Program-made: the position numbers and the translations under genes
The notes under the pieces: generated by a model
Databases searched by the model: none
What the model saw: the letters and a program-made list of their open reading frames with translations, nothing else
Told to the model about the DNA's origin: nothing
In this document: in pieces, positions 1 through 10,880 of the stretch
How positions within the stretch are numbered: the first letter of the stretch is position 1
How the letters are laid out: the number at the start of each line of letters is the position of its first letter
Source of the DNA: Octopus bimaculoides
Lineage: Eukaryota
Length of the DNA: 32,221 nucleotides
Assembly (NCBI RefSeq): GCF_001194135.2
Contig: NC_068983.1
Location: forward strand, 167,190,462-167,222,682
Direction of reading: 5' to 3'

Positions 1-20
1 TATATATATATATATATATA
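1..20. repeat. (TA)n microsatellite, cut by the window edge
   Basis: Direct reading of the sequence. Confidence 0.95.
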
Positions 21-769
21 TCTGTGTATGAATGTATGTTGCGGTACTGTAACCAGAGAGGTGTAGTCAGGTTCTAAAGTTAGCTGGGAGCGAGTACATT
101 GGAAAAGGCATCGTAACACGTACCAAACGATTTTTAACTCATTTCTCTTATATTACGCGAAATATTTCGTTAGTTATAATATACGTAATTGTATTCTACA
201 TTCATTAATTTCATGTTTCTGTAATGTCACACCTACTGATATAGGTGACGTGAAAAAGATGAAACTCCACGGGATCGTTCAGTGTCGAGAGGTTATGTTG
301 TCAGGGTTTGTTTTGGCTCTTCAGATGTCAGCGACCACCAACACATCACAGGAGATTGAGTGGACAGTTAAAAATACACGGCTGGTTGGTCAAATAAAAT
401 AACTCCAGAAAATTCTTCCGAGGTCATGCGATTAACAGTAGAAGAAAGAGAGAGATGGGTATTCCACTTTTATCGAACTAGAGAACTAAAGATTTAATAA
501 AAAAAGAAAAATGTTGAAAAGGCGCTAATTTTGAAAATTGTGTTCTCCTATTAGCTATGCCAGTGAGTGTAACAGCGACGAGTGTTTCGTTGACTAGAAT
601 ATTCTTCTGCAATATAAATAACCCGTGATATCTCATCCAATGTGGGAATTAGCCATTCATATTTCGAAATCCATACAAATTAAATATAAGCATCAGTCTA
701 ATGAAATGCAGATGTCTGGAAAAGAAACCAAATATTTTCTCTTATCTAAGTTAATGGCTTAGGTCTGTC

Positions 770-1020
770 ATGAGTCCTATGATTCGTAAGGGCGAAAGAT
801 GAACCAAGTTGCCATGGCATTTAAGTAAATGAGAGTACAACACTCCCCACTGGACGGTCGCAAGATTTACTTCCCAGCCATTTTTACAGTTGAGTGGTTT
901 GGAGCAACATGAAAGGAGGTATTTTGCTCAAGCACAACGTACCGCCCGGCCTGGGAATCGAAACTACAATCTTACAATCGTGAGTGCAACACCCTAACCA
1001 GTAGATCACGCGCCTTCACT
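770..1020 (-). mobile_element. tRNA-derived SINE; 3' part resembles a V-SINE-type central domain
   Basis: The reverse complement begins TGAAGGCGCGTGATCTACTGGTTAGGGTGTTGCACTCACGATTGTAAGATTGTAGTTTCGATTCCCAGG, with an A-box-like TGATCTACTGG and a B-box-like GTTTCGATTCC. It continues into CTTGCGACCGTCCAGTGGGGGAGTG...TACTC, which resembles the V domain (recognised from memory, not searched). Confidence 0.75.
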
Positions 1021-1206
1021 AAGTCAATAAATAAATTTAAAAAAAAAACGTTTCAGATTTGATTTAAATTTCGTTCACTTTCACTACTTGTAGTTTAAAG
1101 AAATATCACATATAAAAGATAAAACCCTGTTAATCGATACCATCGACCCTACTATGTTACTGGTATTTTATTCTATCTGCATGAAAAATGATGTTAGGCA
1201 AAATTC

Positions 1207-1922
1207 GGACCTATTTTAAAACGGGGGCGCCAGTTTTCATTTATGTTTTATGTAGTGTTTTTGGTACGGAAAGACTTTCAAACTTCATATACTTATCTAT
1301 TTTGTGTTATAGAACAGAAAAATATTTTTGTATTCGAATTTATTTCATGTAAAAAATTGTCTTATTTCGATAATTTCTACTAATCACTGACGTCTATTCA
1401 GTTGAAAACAGTTAGCGCTGTAACTGTGTATATTGTATTAATCCCCTAACCCTAACCCTAACTAGACTGTTAACCGTAACCGTAACCCTAACCCTAACCC
1501 TAAAACTAACCCTAACTCTAGAATCCGAACTCTAAAATTGTTACACACATAGATACACACAGCGTAATTTNNNNNNNNNNNNNNNNNNNNNNNNNNNNNN
1601 NNNNNNNNNNNNNNNNNNNNATTATGTAAACAATATATGCGTATAAATTCCGATTAAACCGGATGAAATATGTCACAGGGAATAACATTTTTATGACTGG
1701 CAAGCAGTAACTCTATTGAGCTGAATAGACGTCAGTGATTGGTTGAAATTACAGAAATACGACAACTTTAACATGGAATAACTTGCGAATTCCTTTTTTT
1801 GTTAAGAAGACTAAGAGTAAAAGATGTTTTATATGACACATTCTACCAGTGTCCCAAGTTTCAAAGTGTTTCGTTAGTGTTTCGTTAAGAAAATACTGGC
1901 GCCCCCGTTTTTAAATAGATCC
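1207..1922. mobile_element. Non-autonomous DNA transposon (MITE/foldback), 28-bp TIRs, 8-bp TSD, Merlin/IS1016-like; internal (CCCTAA)n
   Basis: Left TIR GGACCTATTTTAAAACGGGGGCGCCAGT (1207-1234) matches the reverse complement of 1895-1922, GGATCTATTTAAAAACGGGGGCGCCAGT, at 26/28. The TSD CAAAATTC is perfect at 1199-1206 and 1923-1930. A subterminal inverted similarity (AATCACTGACGTCTATTCAG) lies at about 1381-1400 and 1721-1740. The superfamily is inferred from GG termini plus an 8-bp TSD. Confidence 0.9.
1444..1515 (+). repeat. Interstitial telomere-type hexamer array, (CCCTAA)n with CCGTAA/AACTAA variants, inside the MITE
   Basis: Seven perfect CCCTAA units start at 1444, 1450, 1456, 1486, 1492, 1498 and 1510, with variant units between them. 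Confidence 0.9.
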
Positions 1923-2103
1923 CAAAATTCTCCTCGGCGGGACTGGTCCTTTAGTCATTTGATATCTCCACTCGCTGGATTTGAACTCAATGTGGAAAGA
2001 TAGAGATCTCAAAGATGACGTTAACACACCGGAAATCTCGAACAGAAAGGCAAATCATCTCAGCAACTTAGTTATGTTAATGAAAATAGTTCGACCTCTC
2101 TTC

Positions 2104-2141
2104 CCACCACCACTACCGCCGCCGCCGCCGCCGCCGCCGCC
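2104..2141. repeat. (CCA)n/(GCC)n trinucleotide repeat
   Basis: Direct reading. It explains the poly-Pro and poly-Ala stretches in ORFs 1981-2199 and 2072-2416. Confidence 0.9.
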
Positions 2142-2679
2142 CTCTTACAACAGAAAAATAACAAAAATATATCAAAAGAATAGGTTGAAAAACAACTAAA
2201 AAACAAGAGACCTGAACATACTGGAAAATAAGAAACTAAAATGCTGTTGATGTTGCTGTTTCTGTTTGTTTTTATCTTTTTAAATTCTAAAACTGACGTC
2301 GAGAAAGACAAAAATGCGAGACATAAAAAGTAAAACCTTTTGTTTGTTTGTTTGTTTTGCAATACACGAAATTGAATGTGATGAGAACAGTCTACTGTAC
2401 ACACACACACACACACATTCGTACGTAGGTGATGAAGGAGACGAAGGTTGAAGAAAGAATGAAAAGAAAACCCGAAAATATCAAAATATCATTAAAAAAA
2501 AAAACTGTTGAAGACCAAACGATGATATGAAACCCGACCGCCAGTCCTCAGTGAAGTAAAGATACTGACAAATCATCTGTTAGAAGGGACAGCTAGCACA
2601 TGTTCCACATTCCCAGCGCACCATAGAACATCTTTGCAATTTTCAGAGCGAGCTAGAGGAATGTAAGCGATGTGCCAAG

Positions 2680-2740
2680 CAGCCAATAGATGGCGCTGGT
2701 AGGCAGTTCAGTGTGACGTCATTTCCTGCCGCCAAATGAA
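2680..2740. promoter_or_regulatory. Candidate promoter/insulator motif cluster (CCAAT, CTCF-like, CRE, ETS, E2F-like)
   Basis: CAGCCAATAGATGGCGCTG (2680-2698) is close to the CTCF core and contains CCAAT. TGACGTCA is at 2714-2721, ATTTCCTG at 2721-2728 and CCGCCAAA at 2729-2737. All lie within about 60 bp of locally GC-richer, apparently non-repetitive sequence. Confidence 0.4.
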
Positions 2741-3527
2741 ACTGCTTGCTTCTGGAATGTTAGGAACGCTGTCGTCTTTGCAAAGGAACGTTTGCTTTTC
2801 ATTAGTCTTGATGAGGTTGAAGAAAAGCAAATGGAAAACAGACTCGGTTTGCAAATAACCTTAATGTTTTTATATATATTTTCCCAATCTTCTTTTACTT
2901 TTCTCCCCTTCTTCTCTTTACTTCTTTTTCATTTTTCTTTACATTTCATTTATTTATTTATTATATGTTTTACATTCTTTTCTCGAAGTATGGACGTTAA
3001 CAAAGTTGAAGGTAAAACATACAGGGTACATAGATTCAGAACTGTGTAATATAGATCAAGTTTAACATATTTTGTCATTCTTTCAAGAAGAACCCCGTCA
3101 AGCGATCAAAATTACAAAGGAATATCAAAAAAGAAAAAAGAAAAAGAAAAGAAAGAAAAATAGAACACTCAGCTTTTGTCTCTGCCCCTCTTTACTGTTT
3201 GTTATGGTACAACATATAATAATTCAAAAGAGACGCTGTTGGGGTCTCGACTGAGTTATGCTTCTTTATTAATGGAATGGTACGTTTCATCATTCCAGCT
3301 TTCTAGAGATAAATCGTCAAAATTGATAAGATTTTTTCTTCTTTGTTCTAGCAACAGAGAAGAATATGCGATGGTGATGATGATAAAAACAGTTGTTAAT
3401 TCTATACAAAAGACATACTTGGTTTTGTTCTGAAATATGATTACATTAATAACATCTCCTGGGAACACGCTAACCTAACAACCGAAACCGTTTTTCACAT
3501 CGTTCACACAACTAAAGCACACAACAC

Positions 3528-3552
3528 CTCTCTCCCTCCTCTCTCTCTCTCT

Positions 3553-3592
<40 letters not shown>
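3528..3592. repeat. (CT)n-(CA)n compound microsatellite
   Basis: Direct reading. Confidence 0.9.
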
Positions 3593-3596
<4 letters not shown>

Positions 3597-3857
3597 TGAG
3601 CAGGTAAAGGCAAAATGAACTTTGTACAGATAACACAGAGAAGTGGTCAAATGGATAGGAACTTGAACAACCTCTTATTCCAGGGCTAGCATCTCTGCAT
3701 CGCAGGTTAGCTTTAAGAACAATCTTAATCCTTATCGAGATGTTATGTAGGTAGTAAGGTAGATGGACGCAAATATGCTTGAGACGTATATTTTACATGG
3801 ATCACAAAATACAAACGAGTGAAAAAACAAAACAAAACAAGAATTATGTAATGTATC

Positions 3858-4132
3858 ATCTCGACAGCTGTTTCAAGATGGCCATAATTTACGTAGCAAC
3901 CACATTCGAATGTTATATATGTAGGATGTTATAGGTGAGTGTCCTGCAACAAGTCTCGATGAGATTGTTGAAGTAAGTTAGGTATTAGCCACCTTGCTGT
4001 CGAGGAAGGATGCCTAACTTACTTTAGCAATTTCATCGAGACTTTTCGCAAGACACCTATGACGTCATACACATATTACATATGAATATGTTATTATGTA
4101 AGTTATGGCCATCTTGGAACAGCTGTTGGGAT
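3858..4132 (+). ncRNA. Long imperfect inverted repeat; candidate hairpin RNA or palindromic element
   Basis: Hand alignment of arm 3858-3986 against arm 4009-4132 gives 124 columns: 101 Watson-Crick, 14 G:U, 5 A.C and 4 other mismatches, plus 1-nt and 4-nt bulges. The 22-nt loop holds a further mini-stem CCTTG/CGAGG. The inverted repeat is certain; an RNA function is not shown. Confidence 0.55.
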
Positions 4133-4225
4133 AAGATTTTATATAACCCTTCTCCCATTTTTTGCTTCTTTTATTTTTCTTTATTCTGTAATCTGTATTT
4201 CGTGTTCTGTGTAAATATGTCTCAA

Positions 4226-4405
4226 CCAACCAAGACGTTGTGAGTGGATTTAGTGGACGGAAACTGAACGAAGCCTGTCATATATATAAATGTATATATT
4301 TATGTCTGTGTGTTCCTTGTGTTTGAGTTTGTTCCCCTATCACTGCTTGACAGTTGGTATTGGCTTATTTACGTCCCTGTAATTTAGCGGTTCATTAAAA
4401 GAAAG

Positions 4406-4410
<5 letters not shown>
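4226..4410 (+). mobile_element. SINE family A internal fragment (diverged)
   Basis: TTGTGAGTGGATTTAGTGGACGGAAACTGAACGAAGCC...TTTACGTCCCTGTAATTTAGCGGTTC matches the family-A copies at 17094-17310 and 17690-18267. Confidence 0.85.
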
Positions 4411-4443
<33 letters not shown>

Positions 4444-4460
4444 AAGACATAGGGGCGAAG

Positions 4461-4830
4461 GTATATACCATCATAGAGGTCAGCTGCTCTGTAGATATAA
4501 ATATCTCTTTGAAAATCAAAGAGGATATCTATGGACAGCTGCTTCGAAACCTCCAGCTTTATACCAATGATAATTGGACCACTAGGTTTCGTTAGTAAAT
4601 GCTCAAAAGAGAATCTGGATGAACTGGGATTTTCAAAAAGAGAAACTGACCGACTGACTCGTACATTACAAGGGTAATCTGTGAGTGGAGCAGTAAAAAT
4701 ATGCAAGACTTTTCTCAAGTTCCAAATGTGAATTTGTCTGTGTTAGCTACATCCCAAAGATTGAGCCTTGTATCTTTGTTGGAAACCGGATCCCTCTTCG
4801 GTGGAAGATTTATATTAATTAAAAATAGAA
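4461..4830 (+). mobile_element. Decayed 3' end of an RLE-type (R2/R4/NeSL/HERO group) non-LTR retrotransposon
   Basis: Translation with one frameshift and one stop gives TIIEVSCSVDINISLKIKEDIYGQLLRNLQ/FIPMIIGPLGFVSKCSKENLDELGFSKRETDRLTRTLQG*SVSGAVKICKTFLKFQM* (TGA at 4729-4731). This fits the IEVSCP...K...Y...IPIIIG.LG restriction-like endonuclease pattern. An A-rich tail follows at about 4815-4830. Confidence 0.75.
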
Positions 4831-5345
4831 GAGACATACATAATGTTTAACAAGGCGAAGTTAAACATATTTCACAAAATATTAATCAGAGTTTGATGTA
4901 ACTGATCATCAGACAGCTGTAAATATTTTGAATACTTTAAACAATATGATAATACTGATTTACGGATGTTTAAATGTTTAAAACTGATTGGATAAAGAGT
5001 TATTCTGATAGGAGTCCTAGAGACTATTTAAAACTGAGAACGCATCCGGGATTAAACAACAACAATTACAAGCATTTGTATTTGGAATATATTAAGACTT
5101 TTTGCATTTTACTTCATTGTTTATCGTTTGTTGGTGGATAGCATTACTTTCACAAAGAATGTGAGGTTGAGGCCTACATTCATGGCTTCGTAGAAGAATG
5201 AGGTAAAATAGCTTCATATTGGATGGCATCCTGGAGCATACTTCTCATTCCCTGCACTTTTCTTCTGAAGTAACTGAAAAAAAAGAAAGAAATGCGGAAA
5301 AACAACAGTATCTGTGGCCATATTTAAGATGTTTTTATTAGGTAA

Positions 5346-5495
5346 GTAGGTGCTGAATGGTTAAGAAATTTTATTCACAACTATGAGATCGCGGGTTCGA
5401 TCCCACAGCGAATCATCTTGGGAAAATGTCATCTTCTGTAGCCTCGGGTCGTCCCATATCTTGTGAGTGAAATTGGGTCGACGGAAACTACATAG
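5346..5495 (+). mobile_element. Diverged tRNA-SINE head (family A-related)
   Basis: GGTGCTGAATGGTTAAG...GCGGGTTCGATCCCAC (A and B boxes), followed by TTGGGAAAATGTCATCTTCTGTAGCCTCGGGTCG and TTGTGAGTGAAATTGGGTCGACGGAAACT, as in family A. Confidence 0.75.
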
Positions 5496-5859
5496 ATGAC
5501 CCCCTTAGGTGGATTGTATTTGTAATTCAAAAGGTACAACGCTATCATACATTATATCACGTTGATTCTGCCAAAGGATTAAGTGAAGAGCTTCTTACAT
5601 GTTAATTCAGGAGAAGGTAATTCAGTTGATCAAACAATTGGACCTTCATCGAAGGACGGAGATCCACCATCACCCACTTGGTCATTTAGCCTTCTTTCTT
5701 TTAAATTTAACCACAGCTATGAAGGTCATGTGGGGATAGAGTTCTATTCTTGTGACCGAGTATTGGCGCGAGTGACTAAACCCTTTTCCATCCTTTTCTG
5801 TACACAATTACGTTACATGAAATACACCGATGTTTTGATATTCTTTTTTAACTCATGTA

Positions 5860-6230
<371 letters not shown>

Positions 6231-6605
6231 AATTATTTTTAATAACTTCTTGCTGATAGAAAACTAAATCAATAACAATTGCCAATCAAAATTTTGGTGA
6301 CTGAACAGACGAATCTGGAAACTTTCTTTTTGAATAGCTTTCTTATTACACCAACAAGCAGTTGTTACTGTGACACGTTCTCCTGTTGAAGTATTTACAT
6401 TCAACTAATACCAGTTTCAGCGATGATTTACAGTGGTCTATGATACGATGTTACTAATATGCTTCACAATGCTATCTAGGGCAATAGGAGGCCTGGCTAT
6501 GTTTCTTTGAATTTAAGAACGAAATCTTAGATAAAAATAACTCTCTTTGTAACATATTGATTTATATATTATAAGTAACTGAAGACAAGCATATAAACTT
6601 AACTA

Positions 6606-6638
6606 TGTCGTGTTCTCGGCGAAGACGAGAACACGACA
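6606..6638. repeat. Perfect 13-bp-stem hairpin TGTCGTGTTCTCG-GCGAAGA-CGAGAACACGACA
   Basis: Exact inverted repeat read directly. It extends by AACT/AGTT beyond one A.C mismatch. Confidence 0.9.
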
Positions 6639-7369
6639 CAGTTTTGTATAACTAATTTATCATCTGTTTAGTTTTATTGACTGTATGACATATATATATA
6701 TACAATAGCGACGCAGCGGTATAGAAACAGACTAGGAAAATAGATATCCTGACGAATGGAGGCTATTTAATGAACAAATGTGGCCAGACACAAACCATAA
6801 ATTTTTATTTTTATTATGATCTATAGATAAATATTAATGCGTGATTATTTTTGGTGATGTGAAATGGTTTCTCTGTTTGCACTTTGGCTCGTATCGTTTT
6901 ACCAATTTTGTAATAATACTTGCGGTGGGAAACCTTTTGAATATCGGGAGCGTACTTGCGGGTTGAAAGGGTTACCTTCTTCCATTCAACAAGGATAGCT
7001 AGATAGTCGTCTATGATGCTTATATGATGGACGTCGAATAAAATATATTAAAAATAATAATATCGTTCTGTGATTTTAGTTTGTTCCCTTCGTTTGGTTT
7101 AATTTCCTAATAACTTGAGAGACAATAGATAACTTACTTTTACCGAAGACTTGTATCTAATTTGATATTAGAACAATTTTCATTAAGCATAATTGAAGTT
7201 GTACACAAACTTAATTTGTTTCCATTGATGTCTAATAATAAGACTAATTGTTATTCAAAAACAATAATCTGTATATGCTAATATCAGCAAAACTTACTAA
7301 TTGAAGTAATGCAGCAAACTTCCGTTTGATAAAAGTTCGTAGGATTTGGTTTTATAAGTCGTTGAAGTG

Positions 7370-7735
7370 TTGGATGAGATGATTTGAGGTATTTATTTAC
7401 GACTGTTGACGTTCAGGCTTCAAATCCCGACATGGTGTACTTTACCTTTTATCCTTGCGGAATCATCGATAAAGTAAAGTAGCAGGCAATGTAATCGACC
7501 ATTGTCTTTCCCTCAAAAACTGCTGGGTTTTGTGTCTCAATTAGAAACCATATCTGAAACAATCGAGTATTTATTTACGATTCTTTACATTCTGAGCTCA
7601 AATCCCGCCCTTGTCAACTTTTCTTTTCATCCTTCGGGGATCGCCGATAAACTAAAGTACCAGTCAAATACTGGAGGCGATGTAACTGACTGACCTCTTC
7701 CCCACAAAATTGTTGGCCTTGTGTCTAAATTAGAA
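7370..7735 (+). mobile_element. Two diverged SINE family B fragments (about 7370-7500 and 7585-7735)
   Basis: TTCAAATCCCG...TTTCATCCTTCGGGGATCG...ATAAACTAAAGTACCAGT...GGCCTTGTGTCTAAATTAGAAA matches the family-B core and end. Confidence 0.8.
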
Positions 7736-7959
7736 AGACTATTCTTTAAGCATTCGTACGAAATAACGAAACGTACAAGAAATGTAGAAACGGTTCAACT
7801 TTTAGAATATTAAATTGTGATTATACAGTTTGTTTTTTTTTTTATCTCAAACACTTTTAGAGTTCAGAAGTATTGAAAAGAAATTAATTTTTTTTTGCTA
7901 TTCTTTCAATGCATCTGTAATAAGATGGCGAGATGACAGAACCGTATGTTTGTCGGACA

Positions 7960-8082
7960 AAAGGCTTAGCAGCATTTCTTCTGGCTCTTTACGTTCTAAG
8001 TCCAAATCCCACCGACGTCAACTTTATAGCTACCGGGAGCGATGTTATCGACTTGTCCCTCCCCTCAAAATTTTCTGGCTTT
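7960..8082 (+). mobile_element. SINE family B fragment with internal deletion
   Basis: CTTAGCAGCATTTCTTCTGGCTCTTTACGTTCTAAGTCCAAATCCCACCGACGTCAACTTT...ATCGACTTGTCCCTCCCCTCAAAATTTTCTGGC. Confidence 0.75.
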
Positions 8083-9596
8083 GAACCCTGTAACGGGCCG
8101 GAATCCCATTCAGTGGGAATGTTGTGGGTTCGATCATTTATATACGTCATGGAAACCAAGTAGACGGTGATAAGGGGCTTTAAGATTCGGGGGGGGGGGG
8201 AAATAACTCTGAATGTTAATAACGAATCAAATTTGATTAAAAATCTTTCATTTCTATGAGAGACAACTGGAAATAGGGGACATATGTTGTATGTATCCCT
8301 ACTTCAATTATACGACTTTTGATTTTGAACATTGAATGCTCTGACTTAAGTACCAAGAGTCGGCCATATTTCAATGACACATGTTGGTTGATAGAAAATG
8401 AGTTGATTAAGCATTCAGTGACTGCCTAACGATCGGACTGACTTTCTCCGCAATTGGAGCAAATGTTTGCTGCTGTTAGGCCATACTTCGTACTTCTGTA
8501 CCAATTCAGCTCTACAAAGGTGTTGCTCTATTTCTGATAACTTCATGTAATAACCATTATCAAAGTGAGAAGACGTTTCAAATGTTCTGAAAAATTACTT
8601 AGAATTATTTGTGATCTTTTTGCAGCTGTCATTAGAACTGGCATTAAATCTTTGCTCTTTGCTATAATTATATTTCTTAAGTACCAATAAAAATATAAGG
8701 CAAACTATCCACTAACGTTTCTTTTTCTTTATTAACCTTCCTCCATTTACGTTTCATACCCCGTTTATTTCTTCATTTATGTTGCTAATTTATGTTTTAC
8801 TTGGTACGAATTCCTTATATTAAGTGAAGATGAATATATTAATATATATATATACTTATGTCCTATATTTTTAGATGGTAATGTTTTATTGATTTTGGGA
8901 TCAAGTGGGATGTAGATGCAACCCTCTGCTTACAAATAATTAGTTGTACGAGTAAATATTTATTTATTTATCTCTCTATTCATTCAATTAATCTCAAAAA
9001 TATGTTGATCCTCGACACACCCACCGAAGAAGAACGGAGATAGAACAGTTTACGAGTGCCTTTAAGTGTCTGTGCCCATTGCTTACTTGTTGCGGCGTAT
9101 ATATTACTTGTGTGTGTGTGTGTAAGAGAGAGAGAGAGAGAGCAAGTTGTTACCACACACATATACACGCGTGCGCGCGCGCGCACTCACAAGTCCTATA
9201 TACGCCGCAGCAAATAAGCATTAAGAACATACACGCTATATATGTGTGTGTGTATGTATGTGTATGTGGAAGTGCGCGCGTGTGTTTGTGTATGTGTGTG
9301 TGTAAAGCTTTTCACTCTTTTTTTTGCGGTTGTTAAGTTTCCAGATAAGTGCAACTGAATTACTTCTTACATTGCCATAGAAAAAGCCAGAAAGTCATCT
9401 TAGATGATCACAGAAACCTAGAGACAAATAAGTTTGCGACCCTTCATCGAGTCTCTAAAGACCAGAATTGGGGCGATGCGTTGTTATTCTATCTTTGCAC
9501 ATGAAATTAAAGACACATTAAAGATAAATAAAAAAACATTTTAAGTTAAAAAATCGAAACCGTAGTTGTAATAAATAAATAAATAAATGAATAATA

Positions 9597-10655
9597 ATGT
9601 TGATGATTTCTTTTCTTTGCTACCAGGGCGAAGGACAAAGGGAACAATACAAAGACAGGTGTATAGTGTGGAGATTTACATATAATGAAAAGATATAAAA
9701 AAAGAAGTATACACAGTATACGATAAAACAAAGAAGGGAGATACACTTAGTATACATTAAAAGGAAATAAAAAAAGGGGGGGGGAAGATGTGGTCCTCTT
9801 GATACAGGATGATTTCTTGGGATAATAGAGGAACCCCACCGTCCAAGATTTCCCTGAATACTAAGGGCAAATGTTCTCTCCAATTCCTTTTCTCTGACTC
9901 ACAGCTCTATACTTAGAACGGTACGATCCACTCTTGCTATTTTCGCAAATTTCACCTACTTTTCAATAAATTCACTCGAGCACAGCACTCTCCACTCCCA
10001 CTTTCCTTTTCAAGTCAAACTTGAAAAAGTCGATGAGGACTCTATCAAACAGAAATGTGTCCTCATGCCTTTCAGCCTCGCCCACTAGACAACTTTCATC
10101 ACAGTCCTCTAACAAGGGAAAACTGCCTTGTCTGTCCGATTAAAGGAAGGTGGCGGGCGAATCATCACCATGGACTCGGCCAGTAAACTGGTCTCTCCCA
10201 CACGCAAAGGAAGCTGTTCAGCATAACTCCACAAGTAAGCAATGTCCGAACACTGAACGAGTGCGTACAGGACAGTTTCGTCACTTTGCACGCTTTTCAG
10301 ACAAGTCCGTCTGGCAGCACATTCGTGGCTGTAGAGTTTATCTCGAATTAGTAGCGCCCCCACCCGATCGTACTGGCAGGCCAATGACATCTGAAAATTA
10401 TGGTTGTCCCCGACCGAAAAATCCTCCAGAACAGACTAACCAATTCGTTTTCGACTATGCCCGGAGTCTCCCCGACAATGTCGTCGTACTTCCCCGCCAC
10501 TAATCCTCTATATATTACTAAAAGGGAACATCCACCGACCCCGTTGTCCAACTGGTAGCGGGCTATTAGAGCCTGACGACATTTTAAGTGCCAGGCACCC
10601 AGTTTCGGTCTTTCCTTCACCCAGGACTGCAGCTCCGTCAAAGAGAGCAACAACA
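9597..10655 (-). mobile_element. Tx1/L1-clade LINE 3' fragment (zf-RVT C-terminus plus 3'UTR), frameshifted
   Basis: ORF 10109-10390 reads LLIRDKLYSHECAARRTCLKSVQSDETVLYALVQCSDIAYLWSYAEQL, a zf-RVT-type CxxC...ET..H.L..C pattern. Upstream is DDIVGETPGIVENELVSLFWRIF. The 3'UTR is homologous to 26870-27075 and ends next to (ATT)n. Confidence 0.85.
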
Positions 10656-10661
10656 AATGCA

Positions 10662-10880
10662 GCGAGCTGGCAGGATCGTTAGCACGCCGGGCAAAATCCT
10701 TAGCGGCATTCCGAGTTCAAATTCCGATGAAGTTGACTTTATCTTTTATCCTTTCTGGGTCGATAAAATAAGTACCAGTTGAGCACGGGGGTCGTTGTAA
10801 TCGACTTTTACTCCCCCCGTCCACCTCTGAAATTGCTGGTCTCGTGACAAAATTTGTAACTATTATCATTATTATTATTT
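10662..10880 (+). mobile_element. SINE family B, near full length, with (ATT)n tail
   Basis: GCGAGCTGGCAGGATCGTTAGCACGCCGGGC head, TTTTATCCTTTCTGGGTCGATAAAATAAGTACCAGTTGAGCAC core and GCTGGTCTCGTGACAAAATTTGTAAC end. Confidence 0.9.

Larger units (their letters stand above)
1130..1942 (-). mobile_element. SINE family B fragment, split by the MITE at 1207-1922
   Basis: 1130-1206 plus 1931-1942 rejoin as ...CATCGACCCTACTATGTTACTGGTATTTTATTC...AGGCAAAATTCTCCTCGGCGG. This is colinear with the reverse complement of the family-B copies at 10662-10860 and 30950-31160. Confidence 0.7.

Noticed and set aside
808-821. RFX X-box-like GTTGCCATGGCATT
   Set aside because: It lies inside the SINE at 770-1020 and is better explained as decayed SINE sequence.
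6955-6976. GGTTGAAAGGGTTA, a piggyBac-like right end
   Set aside because: There is no TTAA duplication and no matching left end in the window.
8420-8600. About 56-codon open frame on the minus strand after TTTTCAG
   Set aside because: No recognisable motif and no good donor site.
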